From contig CAJFPG010000062.1 of the NCBI GenBank assembly GCA_904398665.1, positions 1 to 50,087 on the forward strand: 50,087 bases of DNA, in the 5' to 3' direction. Shown here piece by piece: positions 30,747 to 40,358 of this stretch. Below the pieces are notes generated by a model. The model was not told the origin of the DNA. It did not search any database and saw only the letters and a program-made list of their open reading frames with translations. Source of the DNA: Candidatus Geddesella stercoravicola. Lineage in GTDB: Bacteria; Bacillota; Clostridia; Oscillospirales; UBA644. Numbering within the stretch: the first letter of the stretch is position 1; the number at the start of each line of letters is the position of its first letter. A program made the position numbers and the translations under genes.

Positions 30747-32081
30747 ATGTCGACTGTTGAAGAGGTGAAGATTTTGTCAAAGACTTTTAAGGGCGGAATA
30801 CATCCGGATTATAATAAAGAAAGAACTTTCGCGCGCGCTATCGAGAGATTGCCGGCGTCTGATAAAGTAATAATTCCGCTTCGGCAGCATATAGGCGCGG
30901 CTTGCGAGCCGCTTGTGAGAAAAGGGGATTATGTGAAGCTCGGTCAGCCGATAGGAGAGAGCGACGCGAGTATATCATGTCCCGTTCACGCTTCTATCTC
31001 CGGAACGGTGAAAGCTGTCGAGCCTCGGTGGAATCAGAACGGAACCCGCGAATTGTCGGTCGTTATTGAAAATGATTTTGAGGATCGGCGTTTTGAGGAA
31101 TGTTTTCCCCGCGAGAAAGATATGAAAAGACTTTCTCCCGAGGATATAGTCGATGGCGCTCGTCGTTACGGAATAGTCGGTATGGGCGGCGCAGGGTTCC
31201 CTCTTCACGCGAAGCTTCGAGCGGCGATTGACAGCAAGGTCGATACTCTGATAATAAACGGAGCGGAGTGCGAGCCTTACGTGACGTGCGATCATAGGGC
31301 TATGATTGAGTATCCGAGGTACATAGTAGGCGGGATTTTGCTGATAATGCGATGCTTGGGTTTAGACGGCGCGATATTGGCGATAGAGAAAAATAAACCT
31401 GACGCGATAAACTCTATGAAAATCACTTCGGAGGATACCGGGATAACGGTTGCAGAGCTCGAGACAAAATATCCTCAGGGAGGGGAAAAACAACTCGTTT
31501 ACGCTTTGACCGGAAGAGAAATTCCTCCGGGAAAACTTCCCACAGATATAGGTTGCGCCGTTTTTAACGTCGATACCTGCGCGTCCCTTTTCAGAGGGTT
31601 TGACACCGGACTTCCTCTTTATCAGAGAGTTGTGACCGTTTCGGGGGACGCCGTAAAAAAACCGAAAAATTTGCTTACGAGAATAGGAACTCCTTACGAG
31701 ACTCTTTTTGAGTATTGCGGAGGTTTTGAAAAAGAACCGTATAAAATAATATGCGGAGGCCCGATGATGGGATTGGCTCAGCATTCTCTTGAAATTCCGG
31801 TCGTGAAAAACACTTCCGCTCTTCTCGCTTTCGCGGAAGGCAACGAAACTATTGAGGAAAATCCTATTTGTATTCGTTGCGGTAAGTGTTCGAGGGTATG
31901 TCCCATGCGACTTATGCCGAATTACATATTTTTGTACGGATCGAGAGGCGATCTTCGCGAATGCGAGAAACTTAACGCGACGGATTGTATAGAGTGCGGG
32001 TGCTGCTCGTATATTTGTCCGGGAAAGATGCATCTTGTCCAGGCTATACGTATGGTTAAGGGAAAATTAAACAGGAGGTAA
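30747..32081 (+). CDS. rnfC: Rnf complex subunit C
   Basis: TFKGGIHP N-terminus, GMGGAGFP, and two ferredoxin clusters (CIRCGKCSRVCP, CIECGCCSYICP). The start is uncertain. TTG at 30774, with GAGGTGA 5 nt upstream, would give MSKTFKGGIHP. The track ORF starts at 30732. Confidence 0.9.
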   Translation: MSTVEEVKILSKTFKGGIHPDYNKERTFARAIERLPASDKVIIPLRQHIGAACEPLVRKGDYVKLGQPIGESDASISCPVHASISGTVKAVEPRWNQNGTRELSVVIENDFEDRRFEECFPREKDMKRLSPEDIVDGARRYGIVGMGGAGFPLHAKLRAAIDSKVDTLIINGAECEPYVTCDHRAMIEYPRYIVGGILLIMRCLGLDGAILAIEKNKPDAINSMKITSEDTGITVAELETKYPQGGEKQLVYALTGREIPPGKLPTDIGCAVFNVDTCASLFRGFDTGLPLYQRVVTVSGDAVKKPKNLLTRIGTPYETLFEYCGGFEKEPYKIICGGPMMGLAQHSLEIPVVKNTSALLAFAEGNETIEENPICIRCGKCSRVCPMRLMPNYIFLYGSRGDLRECEKLNATDCIECGCCSYICPGKMHLVQAIRMVKGKLNRR

Positions 32082-32085
32082 AAAG

Positions 32086-33078
32086 ATGACGGAAAAATTT
32101 CTTGTGAATTCCTCTCCTCATTATCGTTCCGACGAATCGATACGCTCCGTAATGGGAGACGTTTTAATAGCTCTTTTGCCGGCGCTCGCCGTCGGGGTCG
32201 TCTTTTTCGGGTTTCGAGTGCTTTCTCTTACCGCGGTGACAGTCGCCGCTTGTATAGCTTTCGAGTCTCTTTTCAATTTTATAAGAAAAAAGAAAAATAC
32301 CGCGGGAGACTTATCCTGCGTCGTAACGGGAACTCTGCTTTCGATGTGTCTTCCGGTTACGACTCCGTATTGGATGGCGGTCGTCGGGGCGTTTTTCGCT
32401 ATTGTCGTGGTGAAAATGCTTTTCGGCGGTATCGGTAAGAATTTTTTTAATCCGGCCCTCGCCGCGAGAGCTTTTCTCTTTTCGTGGCCGGTTGTGATGA
32501 CTTCGTTTATAGCTCCTTTCAGAGGAGCGGATCTTCCCATCTTAGGAGAGATCTCTTCCGAGGTTATAGACTCGGTATCCACCGCTACCCCGCTGACTTA
32601 TCTTAAAGCCGGAACTATGCCTGACGTTTCCTTGTACGATATGTTTTTCGGTAATATCGGGGGCTGTATAGGCGAAGTTTCTTCCGCCGCTTTGATTTTA
32701 GGGGGAATATATCTTCTATGTCGTAAAGTTATAACTTGGCATACCCCCGTCTTTTATATAGGAACCGTCGCCGTCATAACTTATATTTTTCCTGCCACAG
32801 GCGGTTTTTTCAATATTGATTTTATGCTCGCGGAGATTTTGAGCGGGGGGCTTCTTTTAGGCGCCATCTTTATGGCGACCGATTACTCCACGACTCCGAC
32901 GACCGGGAAAGGCAGAGCGATTTTCGGTATAGGCTGCGGGCTTCTTACTGTGTTTTTACGATATTTCGGAGGATATCCGGAAGGGGTTTCCTACGCGATA
33001 CTTATTATGAATATATTCGCTTTTTCTCTTGACAAAATAACTCGTCCTAAACGCTACGGGGCAGGAGGGGAGATCTGA
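32086..33078 (+). CDS. rnfD: Rnf complex subunit D
   Basis: Polytopic, NqrB/RnfD-like, with the FMATDYSTTP flavin-attachment region. 330 aa. Confidence 0.92.
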   Translation: MTEKFLVNSSPHYRSDESIRSVMGDVLIALLPALAVGVVFFGFRVLSLTAVTVAACIAFESLFNFIRKKKNTAGDLSCVVTGTLLSMCLPVTTPYWMAVVGAFFAIVVVKMLFGGIGKNFFNPALAARAFLFSWPVVMTSFIAPFRGADLPILGEISSEVIDSVSTATPLTYLKAGTMPDVSLYDMFFGNIGGCIGEVSSAALILGGIYLLCRKVITWHTPVFYIGTVAVITYIFPATGGFFNIDFMLAEILSGGLLLGAIFMATDYSTTPTTGKGRAIFGIGCGLLTVFLRYFGGYPEGVSYAILIMNIFAFSLDKITRPKRYGAGGEI

Positions 33079-33887
33079 TGTCTGTAAATAACGAGGAAAA
33101 AAATATTGAGATAGTCGAATCGGAGGTTCTTGAAACGGAGCTTTCCGAAAAGGAAAAAGAGTCCGTCTCGGTCAAATCGATGGAAATCCCCGTAAGCGAG
33201 CTTTTGGGAGAGAAAACTGGCGTTGAAGAGAAAAAAGAGCCTTCTGAGCGAGAAAAAGAACTTTCTGAAAAAGGGAAAAAGTCCTCTGAAAAAAAGAAAT
33301 TTAAGCTTTCCTCAGGAGCGTTAAGCAAGGTATTTTCTTTGTCCAATATTTTGCTCGGACTCAGGCTTTGCGTTATTGTCGCGGCCGTGGTTTTCGCTCT
33401 TGCGGCGGTGAATTATTTTACTTCTCCGGTAATCAAAGGCAACGAGGAGGAAAAAGGCAATGTCGCCAGGTCCGCTCTTGTTCCCGACGCTACTTCCTTT
33501 TCTTTGTACGAGGGAGATATTCCGGAGTCCGGAAGAAATGTCTCTGAGATTTATGTCGCCGAACAAAATGGGGATACGATAGCTTATTGCGTTGGCATAA
33601 CGACCGCCGGTTTCGGCGGGGATATAGATCTTGTTGTCGCAATAAGAGTCGATATGAGTATCCTCGGAATAAAAGTTATATCTCATTCCGAGACTGTCGG
33701 AATAGGCGCCTCAGCTCTTGAAGAAGACGCCGCCTTGCTTCCTCAGTTTTCTGGATTGCCGGCGTCGTCTGTCGACAACGTAACGGCGGTAAGCGGAGCC
33801 ACGGTCACTTCAAACGCCGTGAAAAGCTGTGTGGAAGAGGCCGCTGTTGTAGTTAACGCTCTCGTGAAAGGAGCCGATTCCGAGTGA
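33078..33887 (+). CDS. rnfG: Rnf complex subunit G with a ~85-aa Glu/Lys/Ser-rich N-terminal extension
   Basis: A TM (LCVIVAAVVFALAAV) is followed by an FMN-binding domain with the SGATVTS flavinylation motif. The start overlaps the rnfD stop (TGATG) and is preceded by GGAGGGGAG. Confidence 0.85.
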   Translation: MSVNNEEKNIEIVESEVLETELSEKEKESVSVKSMEIPVSELLGEKTGVEEKKEPSEREKELSEKGKKSSEKKKFKLSSGALSKVFSLSNILLGLRLCVIVAAVVFALAAVNYFTSPVIKGNEEEKGNVARSALVPDATSFSLYEGDIPESGRNVSEIYVAEQNGDTIAYCVGITTAGFGGDIDLVVAIRVDMSILGIKVISHSETVGIGASALEEDAALLPQFSGLPASSVDNVTAVSGATVTSNAVKSCVEEAAVVVNALVKGADSE

Positions 33888-34513
33888 AAAAAATAAATAA
33901 ACAGGAAATGAAAAAAATTTTTCTTGACGGTATTGTCTATAAAAATCCGATAATCGTTCAGCTTTTAGGTATGTGTTCGGCTCTCGCCGTTTCCACGTCC
34001 GTTATAAACGGACTCGGTATGGGAGCGTCGGTAACCGCGGTTCTCGTTTTCTCGAACGTGATAATCTCTTTGTTGCGAAACGTTATTCCCAATCAGATAA
34101 GAATAGCTTCGTATATAGTTGTTATCGCGGGATTGGTGACGGTAGTCGATATGGTTTTGAAGGCGTATATACCGTCTTTGTCCGCGTCTCTCGGTCTGTT
34201 TATCCCGCTTATAGTCGTAAATTGCATAATTCTTGCGAGAGCTGAGAGTTTCGCTTCTAAAAACCCGGTGTTGGCGTCCGCCGCCGACGGGCTTGCGATG
34301 GGAATCGGCTATACGGCGGCGATGGTCGTCGTCTCCGCTATTCGCGAGATTATCGGAAACGGAACGATACTCGGTTTTGATATCTTCGGCGGGAATTATT
34401 CTCCCGCGCTTCTTATAATCCTTCCTCCGGGAGGCTTTCTCGTACTCGGCGGGGTTATCGCTCTTTTTCAGTACGTCCGCTCAAAGACGGAGAAAAAGGA
34501 GGGGGAAAAGTAA
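33884..34513 (+). CDS. rnfE: Rnf complex subunit E
   Basis: 209-aa polytopic protein of the RnfA/E family (NPIIVQLLGMCSALAV, LFIPLIVVNCIILARAE). Confidence 0.92.
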   Translation: MKKINKQEMKKIFLDGIVYKNPIIVQLLGMCSALAVSTSVINGLGMGASVTAVLVFSNVIISLLRNVIPNQIRIASYIVVIAGLVTVVDMVLKAYIPSLSASLGLFIPLIVVNCIILARAESFASKNPVLASAADGLAMGIGYTAAMVVVSAIREIIGNGTILGFDIFGGNYSPALLIILPPGGFLVLGGVIALFQYVRSKTEKKEGEK

Positions 34514-35098
34514 ATGCTTAATTTAATATCAATAGCTATCGGCGCTATTCTTATTGAAAATTTTGTTCTTGTAAAATTCCTCGGAATTTGTCCTTTTCTC
34601 GGCGTCTCAAAACAAACTGAGACTTCGGTGGGAATGGGGCTCGCCGTAATTTTTACGATGACCGTGGCGTCCGCCGCCACATACGCCGCTAACACTTTTA
34701 TTCTTGTTCCGTTCGGCCTCGAATATTTGCAAACTATCGTATTTATACTTATAATAGCGGCTCTTGTGCAGCTTATCGAGATGTTTCTTCAAAAGAAAAT
34801 CCCGTCGCTTTATTCGTCTCTCGGGATTTATCTTCCGCTTATAACGACAAACTGCACCGTCCTCGGAGTCGCGCTTCTCAACGTTTCGAAAAGCTATAAT
34901 TTCGTCGAGTCTGTCGTTTACGGTTTTTCCGCGGGTGTCGGTTTTCTTATCGCTCTCGTTCTCCTGTCGTTGATAAGAGAGAGAATTTCTTTCGCTGATA
35001 TTCCGAAGCCGTTTACCGGGGCGCCGATAGTTCTCGTGGCCGCGGGTCTTCTCTGTATGGCCTTTATGGGCTTTCAGGGACTTTCGCTCCCGTTCTGA
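34514..35098 (+). CDS. rnfA: Rnf complex subunit A
   Basis: 194-aa polytopic protein (ENFVLVKFLGICPFLGVS, IYLPLITTNCTVLGVAL). Confidence 0.92.
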   Translation: MLNLISIAIGAILIENFVLVKFLGICPFLGVSKQTETSVGMGLAVIFTMTVASAATYAANTFILVPFGLEYLQTIVFILIIAALVQLIEMFLQKKIPSLYSSLGIYLPLITTNCTVLGVALLNVSKSYNFVESVVYGFSAGVGFLIALVLLSLIRERISFADIPKPFTGAPIVLVAAGLLCMAFMGFQGLSLPF

Positions 35099-35109
35099 GG
35101 AGGTATTTG

Positions 35110-36150
35110 ATGGATTTTTTTATAAGCGTTCTTATTCCCGTCGCGATTTTTGCGGCGACGGCTTTTGTCATAGGGTTTTTGCTCGCCGTCGCGAGCAGAG
35201 TCTTTTCGGTGAAAAAAGACGAGAGAATTGAAAAAATAACGGAATTGCTTCCGGGCGCGAATTGCGGCGCTTGCGGTTATTCCGGATGCTCGGACTATGC
35301 CGAGGCGATGGTTAAAAACGGTGCTTCCGCCGATAAATGTAAGGTCGGGGATTCTGAAAATATGAAGAGAATTGCCGAGGTGCTCGGGAAAGACGTCTCT
35401 GTCGGGAACAGAATGAGAGCTCAGGTTTTTTGTCTCGGTACTTCCGAACTCGCTTCCAGAAAATATATTTATAAGGGGCTTAACGACTGTCTTTCGGTAG
35501 CGAAACTAGGCAACGGCCCGAAAGAATGCTCTCACGGTTGTATCGGACTGGGCTCTTGCGTCAAAGCGTGTCCGTTCGGGGCTATAAAGATAGATAACGG
35601 CGTCGCTTCCGTGGAATATGAAAAGTGCAAAGCGTGCGGCGTTTGTTCTGACGTATGTCCCCAAGGCATCATAAAACTTATTCCGTTTGATTCCGATTTT
35701 TGGGTCGGTTGTTCTTCTCTCGCCGGAGGAAAGGAAGTTCGCTCTTTTTGTAATATCGGATGCATAGGCTGCGGAATTTGCGTTAAAAATTGTCCCGTCG
35801 GCGCGATCACTGTCGAGGATAATCTTGCGAGAATAGATTATGATAAGTGTATAGGCTGCGGCGCCTGCGAAGAAAAATGTCCCCGCAAGACTATACGGTC
35901 CGGAAAGAAAAAAGAGATTTCAGATACTGTTTCCGTAATCTCTTCCTCAAAAGATTCCGCTTCGGAAGATAATGAGATCGGCAAAAGAAGTCGATTTGGA
36001 AAAACAGCGGCGGTCGATGAGGACGTGAAAACCTCGGTTCGGAGATTTTGGGTGAAAAGAAAGTCCGTTTCCGATAAGGAGGGGAAAACGTCCGAGTCCG
36101 ATTTTGAAAGAGTTTCGGAATCCGAATCTAAGTCTGAATATAAAAAATAA
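35110..36150 (+). CDS. rnfB: Rnf complex subunit B (poly-ferredoxin) with a ~85-aa Ser/Glu/Lys-rich C-terminal extension
   Basis: N-terminal TM, a CGACGYSGCSDY cluster, then several CxxCxxCxxxCP motifs. ATG 35110 lies 6 nt after GAGGAGG. The track start at TTG 35107 is too close to the RBS. Confidence 0.9.
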   Translation: MDFFISVLIPVAIFAATAFVIGFLLAVASRVFSVKKDERIEKITELLPGANCGACGYSGCSDYAEAMVKNGASADKCKVGDSENMKRIAEVLGKDVSVGNRMRAQVFCLGTSELASRKYIYKGLNDCLSVAKLGNGPKECSHGCIGLGSCVKACPFGAIKIDNGVASVEYEKCKACGVCSDVCPQGIIKLIPFDSDFWVGCSSLAGGKEVRSFCNIGCIGCGICVKNCPVGAITVEDNLARIDYDKCIGCGACEEKCPRKTIRSGKKKEISDTVSVISSSKDSASEDNEIGKRSRFGKTAAVDEDVKTSVRRFWVKRKSVSDKEGKTSESDFERVSESESKSEYKK

Positions 36151-36169
36151 ATAATATGGAGTTTTTATT

Positions 36170-36310
36170 GTGATTAAGAAAAGCGGCAATATAAAATTTG
36201 GAAAAAAGAAAAACGAGTGGCTTAAAGTCATTCTTATCACTCTCGCCGCCCTTTTAGCTTTTTTTGTCGGATTTGTTCTCGGAAAACCGATAATGGATAT
36301 TTTCAGGTAA
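36170..36310 (+). CDS. Possible 46-aa single-TM small protein (not in the ORF track)
   Basis: A GTG start with GGAG ~9 nt upstream gives VIKKSGNIKFGKKKNEWLKVILITLAALLAFFVGFVLGKPIMDIFR (basic N-terminus plus one TM). It fills the rnfB-holB gap exactly. Confidence 0.3.
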   Translation: MIKKSGNIKFGKKKNEWLKVILITLAALLAFFVGFVLGKPIMDIFR

Positions 36311-36324
36311 CGGAGGCTTTGTGA

Positions 36325-37095
36325 GTGGGTTTGGATTTTGATAAAGTCTTTGTCGAGCCTCTTTTTCACGCTTATCTTTTGGAGGGTCAGAGCGATATTT
36401 TGGAGAAAGCCTGTGAGGAGTTGGTTTTAAGAATTCTCTGCTCCTCTCGTCCTCCGTGTCGAAAATGCGATTCGTGCGTGAAATTTCTTTCGGGAAATCA
36501 TCTTGACGTAAAAACAATAGACGGAGACTCCCCGATAAAAGAAGTTAGGGAATTTTTGTCCGATTTATGGATGTCCCCTTCTGAGGGAGATAAAAAAATA
36601 TATATTTTTAAAAACGCCGATTTATTGTCGGAGTACAGTCAAAACACTCTGCTGTTGCCGATAGAAGAACCTCCGAAAGGCGTTTATTTCATAATGCTTT
36701 GTCGTTTTTTCGAAAAGATTTTGCCGACGGTGAAAAGCCGTTGCCGCACGGTCTCTCTCGGCGGAGAGGAACCGGAAAACGAGGAGTACGAAACTTATTG
36801 TCGAGATTTTTGTTCTTCTCTTTTCGGTAAAGACGCCGTTTCCGTTTTTTCTCTTCTGGATTTTAAAAAGGACGGAAGAGATAAGTTTTCTGAGTTTATA
36901 AGATATTTTTGCGGTTATTGTCGAGGAAGAGTTAAAATCGCTTTGGAGAAAAAAGACGATATTTCCGTATCCGCTTATTTGTCTCTTTTAGACACGGGGC
37001 TTAAATGGTCGGAAAAATCGGAACTTAATTTAAATATGAGTTTGGCGGTTACGGGTTTTGTGTCGGATTGCTTTTTTGCCGTAAGAGGCGATTGA
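36325..37095 (+). CDS. holB: DNA polymerase III subunit delta-prime (short form)
   Basis: HAYLLEG with a degenerate P-loop, Zn module CRKCDSC, LLLPIEEPP and TVKSRC motifs. GTG start 8 nt after GGAGG. 256 aa. Confidence 0.8.
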   Translation: MGLDFDKVFVEPLFHAYLLEGQSDILEKACEELVLRILCSSRPPCRKCDSCVKFLSGNHLDVKTIDGDSPIKEVREFLSDLWMSPSEGDKKIYIFKNADLLSEYSQNTLLLPIEEPPKGVYFIMLCRFFEKILPTVKSRCRTVSLGGEEPENEEYETYCRDFCSSLFGKDAVSVFSLLDFKKDGRDKFSEFIRYFCGYCRGRVKIALEKKDDISVSAYLSLLDTGLKWSEKSELNLNMSLAVTGFVSDCFFAVRGD

Positions 37096-37936
37096 TTTTG
37101 CTTTTTCGCGGATTCATTTCAAAAGTTTTGATTTTATGAGGAAGCTTTCTTTTCATTTTTATATGAGTTGTTTTGTATGATTATCCGTTTCTGTATATTT
37201 TTATATTATTCCTGTTTTGGAGAGTTGGAAGATTGTCGATTCTTCGCTGTTTTTACAGAGTAAAACTTGATATGATATAATCGTAAGAGAATGAAATAGT
37301 GTTTTATCGTTTTTTTATTCAATTTGCGGTAAATTTTTCATATTGGGTTATGAATGTTTATTGTCTTACACGTTTTTAGCTTTTATGCGGCTTTCGATTT
37401 CTTTGTGTTTTGAAAACGTTTCTCTGGGATTTGACTTCCCGGAACGCGACGGTTTTTATGTTTTAAAAGTGTTTTATAATATAAAATAAAATTTTTTATT
37501 GTCGTTTAATTTTCCTTTTGGAAAAATAAAGAATATTTATTAATATTTGAATATTCATATTGTCTCTTCTTAATTTTTTGAATTTTTTGAACGTTTTTAT
37601 CGTTGTTTAATATCGTTTTTAATTATGTGCTTTGCGATTGATAATTGTTGTATGTTATCTTATTTGTTATTTTAATATATTAATATATTGATGTATTCTG
37701 TATTTGACTATATTTGTTCTCATATGTTTTTCAATGCGGCGTACAACTGAGGCGGAGCTTAAATTGTCGGCGAGAAATATGTGCTTAAATAAAATTTCAG
37801 GATTTGGAACGCGAACAGAGGCATAAAGTTTGAATTCTGAATTATGATTATAAATTGGATTTCTGAATAAGGTCTTTGACCCTGATGGTTTACCCGGGCC
37901 CTCAGGTAATAAAATTACGGGGACAAGAGGTTTAAA

Positions 37937-38827
37937 ATGGTAGAGATAGTAGGAGTCCGCTTTCGAAAAGCGGGTAAAATTTATTATTTTGATCCGAAAG
38001 GATTACGTCTTTCGGTCGGAACAAAGGTTATAGTTGAAACTGTGCGAGGGCTTGAAATCGGGGATGTCGTTATCGCAAATAGAATGGAAGACGAGAATCG
38101 TTGTTTTCTTCCGTTGAGCCCCGTTATACGGGCGGCGACAGAGGAGGATTTGAAAAGAGCGAGGGAAAACGAGGAAAAAGAAAAAGAGGCGCTTCGTATT
38201 TGCGAGGAGAAAGCAAAAAAAAGAAATCCCGAGATGACTTTAATGGGAGCGGAATACACCTTTGACGGAAGTAAGGTTATTTTTAGCTTTGTGGCGGACG
38301 GAAGAGTTGATTTCCGAGATCTTTTGAAAGATTTGGCGTCCGTTTTTAAAGTGAGGATAGAACTCAGGCAAATAGGCGTCAGAGATGAGACTAAAATAAA
38401 GGGAGGGCTTGGCGTTTGCGGAAAAAAAGTTTGCTGCGCTCAGTTTCTGAGCGAGTTTTCCCCTGTTTCGGTCAGAATGGCCAAAGATCAGTCTTTATCG
38501 ACGAATCCTCAGAAAATATCGGGAACCTGCGGAAAACTTATTTGTTGTTTGAATTATGAGGAGGCCGCTTATGAGGAGGCTTATAAAACGATGCCTCGAG
38601 TTGGACAAACTGTCAAAACCCCCGATGGACTCGGGGTTGTCGCCGAATCGAATATTTTGATTGAAAAGATTCGAGTAAAGTTTGACGTGGAAGGACAGAT
38701 AACTCAAAAAATTTACGATAAAGAAGATATTGTCATGCTCGATAATGGAAAAAAATCCGAGAAGTCTTCTAAAAATGAAAGCGAGGAAGAAATTTCGGAA
38801 GAAGTTCCGGAGGAAATTTCAAGATAG
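37937..38827 (+). CDS. ricT: PSP1-domain protein RicT/YaaT
   Basis: VGVRFRKAGKIYYFDP start and a Cys-rich region (CGKKVCCAQFL, GTCGKLICCLNYE). It sits at the conserved position after holB. The C-terminal tail is acidic and Ser-rich. Confidence 0.9.
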   Translation: MVEIVGVRFRKAGKIYYFDPKGLRLSVGTKVIVETVRGLEIGDVVIANRMEDENRCFLPLSPVIRAATEEDLKRARENEEKEKEALRICEEKAKKRNPEMTLMGAEYTFDGSKVIFSFVADGRVDFRDLLKDLASVFKVRIELRQIGVRDETKIKGGLGVCGKKVCCAQFLSEFSPVSVRMAKDQSLSTNPQKISGTCGKLICCLNYEEAAYEEAYKTMPRVGQTVKTPDGLGVVAESNILIEKIRVKFDVEGQITQKIYDKEDIVMLDNGKKSEKSSKNESEEEISEEVPEEISR

Positions 38828-38874
38828 ATTTCAGAATAAAATTCGTAATAAATTGAAAATTTTTTATAAAACTC

Positions 38875-38903
38875 TTGAAAAAATTTTACTATAATGTTAT
38901 ACT
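38875..38903 (+). promoter_or_regulatory. Promoter of the ferredoxin gene
   Basis: TTGAAA (38875-38880), 17 nt spacer, TATACT (38898-38903). An overlapping TATAAT at 38890 has only 9-nt spacing. Confidence 0.5.
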
Positions 38904-38936
38904 GTCGATAGAAAATTATAAGGAGGTTTTGGCACT

Positions 38937-39107
38937 ATGGCATATAAAATCAACGACGATTGCATTTCTTGCGGAGCATGTCAGGGAGAATGTCCCGTCA
39001 ACGCCATATCTGAGGGCGACGGTAAATTCGTGATTGATCCGGATACATGTATCGAGTGCGGCGCTTGCGCCGGAGTTTGCCCGGTAGGAGCTCCTCAGGC
39101 GGAATGA
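38937..39107 (+). CDS. fdx: Clostridial-type 2x[4Fe-4S] ferredoxin (56 aa, not in the ORF track)
   Basis: MAYKINDDCISCGACQGECPVNAISEGDGKFVIDPDTCIECGACAGVCPVGAPQAE has two CxxCxxCxxxCP motifs. A strong RBS AAGGAGG lies 9 nt upstream. Confidence 0.92.
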   Translation: MAYKINDDCISCGACQGECPVNAISEGDGKFVIDPDTCIECGACAGVCPVGAPQAE

Positions 39108-39144
39108 TCCCGTTTTCGAACGAGAAAGGCAAATATTTTCGCGA

Positions 39145-39181
39145 GGGGAGAACTTCTTGTTTTTTTGAAGTTTTCCCCTTT
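39145..39181 (+). terminator. Terminator-like hairpin after the ferredoxin gene
   Basis: GGGGAGAACTTC-(10 nt)-GAAGTTTTCCCC (12-bp stem with one G-U pair), then a short TTT. Confidence 0.55.
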
Positions 39182-39246
39182 CGCGCGTGAAAAGCGGGCG
39201 GAGAAGTGTTTCGTTCGCTTTTTTTTCGGTAAAAGGAGCTATATTT

Positions 39247-39945
39247 ATGTCTGTACGTCTTGACGATTTAAGAACACGCGGACTTATGATATATCAGGAC
39301 AGCGAACTTTTTTGTTTTGGAACCGACGCTATTCTTCTCGCTGATTTTTGCCGTCGGAAAAAATATAAGAACGCCGTTGATCTTTGTTGCGGGACAGGCG
39401 TTATTCCCCTTCTTTTAGCCGAAGGCTCGGAGGGGAAAATATTTGGGGTGGAAATATCGGACAAGGCCGCCGCTCTCGCGAAGAAATCGGTTTTATATAA
39501 TGGGCTTGAAGAAAAGATAGAAATAATAAACGACGATTTAAAAAATATAAACGGCAAAAATTCTCCGATTGCTTTCTCCTCTTTTGATCTTGTCTCGGTA
39601 AATCCCCCTTATTCTCTTTCTAACAGCGGAAAAACAGCCGAGGGGCATAGAGGCGTAGCTCGAACGGAAGGCGCGTGTTATCTTGAAGACGTAGTTTCCG
39701 TAGGGGCGCGGCTTCTTAAAAGCGGGGGAAGATTTTGTATGATAAATCGTCCGGAACGGCTTACCGATATTTTCTGTCTTATGCGGAAATATAAAGTTGA
39801 GCCGAAAGTTCTTCAACCCGTTGAAACGGCGAGGGGACGAGCTCCGCGACTTATATTGACGGAAGGGAAGAAAGATGCGGAACCCGGAATTTTATTTGAG
39901 TCGTCGCTGCGAATTTATGATAATTTTGAGTATAAGAATCTTTAG
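39247..39945 (+). CDS. SAM-dependent N6-adenine methyltransferase, YabB / tRNA1(Val) m6A37 (TrmN6)-like
   Basis: Motif I DLCCGTGVIPLLLA and motif IV VNPPY. It has the same position relative to ricT and rsmI as yabB in Bacillus. ATG 39247 follows AAAGGAG. The track ORF starts at 39187. Confidence 0.82.
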   Translation: MSVRLDDLRTRGLMIYQDSELFCFGTDAILLADFCRRKKYKNAVDLCCGTGVIPLLLAEGSEGKIFGVEISDKAAALAKKSVLYNGLEEKIEIINDDLKNINGKNSPIAFSSFDLVSVNPPYSLSNSGKTAEGHRGVARTEGACYLEDVVSVGARLLKSGGRFCMINRPERLTDIFCLMRKYKVEPKVLQPVETARGRAPRLILTEGKKDAEPGILFESSLRIYDNFEYKNL

Positions 39946-40358
39946 AGTAAATTATAATAAACTATAATATTTTTTAATTTAAAAATTATCTTTTATAAAA
40001 AATCCTTTCGTTTGTTTCTTTTTCCCCTTTTTCTCTTTCTTTCTATTTTCTTCTTTTTCTATTATTTATTTTATTTCCTCGTATTCTTATTTTTTTCCTG
40101 CTTTCCACTATCATTTTCTTGTCTGTTTATAATATTATATTATTTATTTTTATTATTTATTTTATTGTTTTTTATTAAAGAGTGGGTTTTTGTTATGGAA
40201 AATATTTTGTCTTTTCTTATGAATATCAAGGATATAAGGTGAGAGAAAGAGGCTTATAATTATGAGAAAAGATGAAACAAGATATGAAGCTTCCGCGGAG
40301 AAGATAGGTTTTGGTAAAATTTTGTTTTTCGGAGAGGAAAGGAGAAGACAGGGTTTAT

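Noticed and set aside
40012-40242. 76-aa ORF (MFLFPLFLFLSIFFFFYY...)
   Set aside because: It is an artefact of a T-rich low-complexity spacer upstream of rsmI. It has no RBS and no plausible fold.
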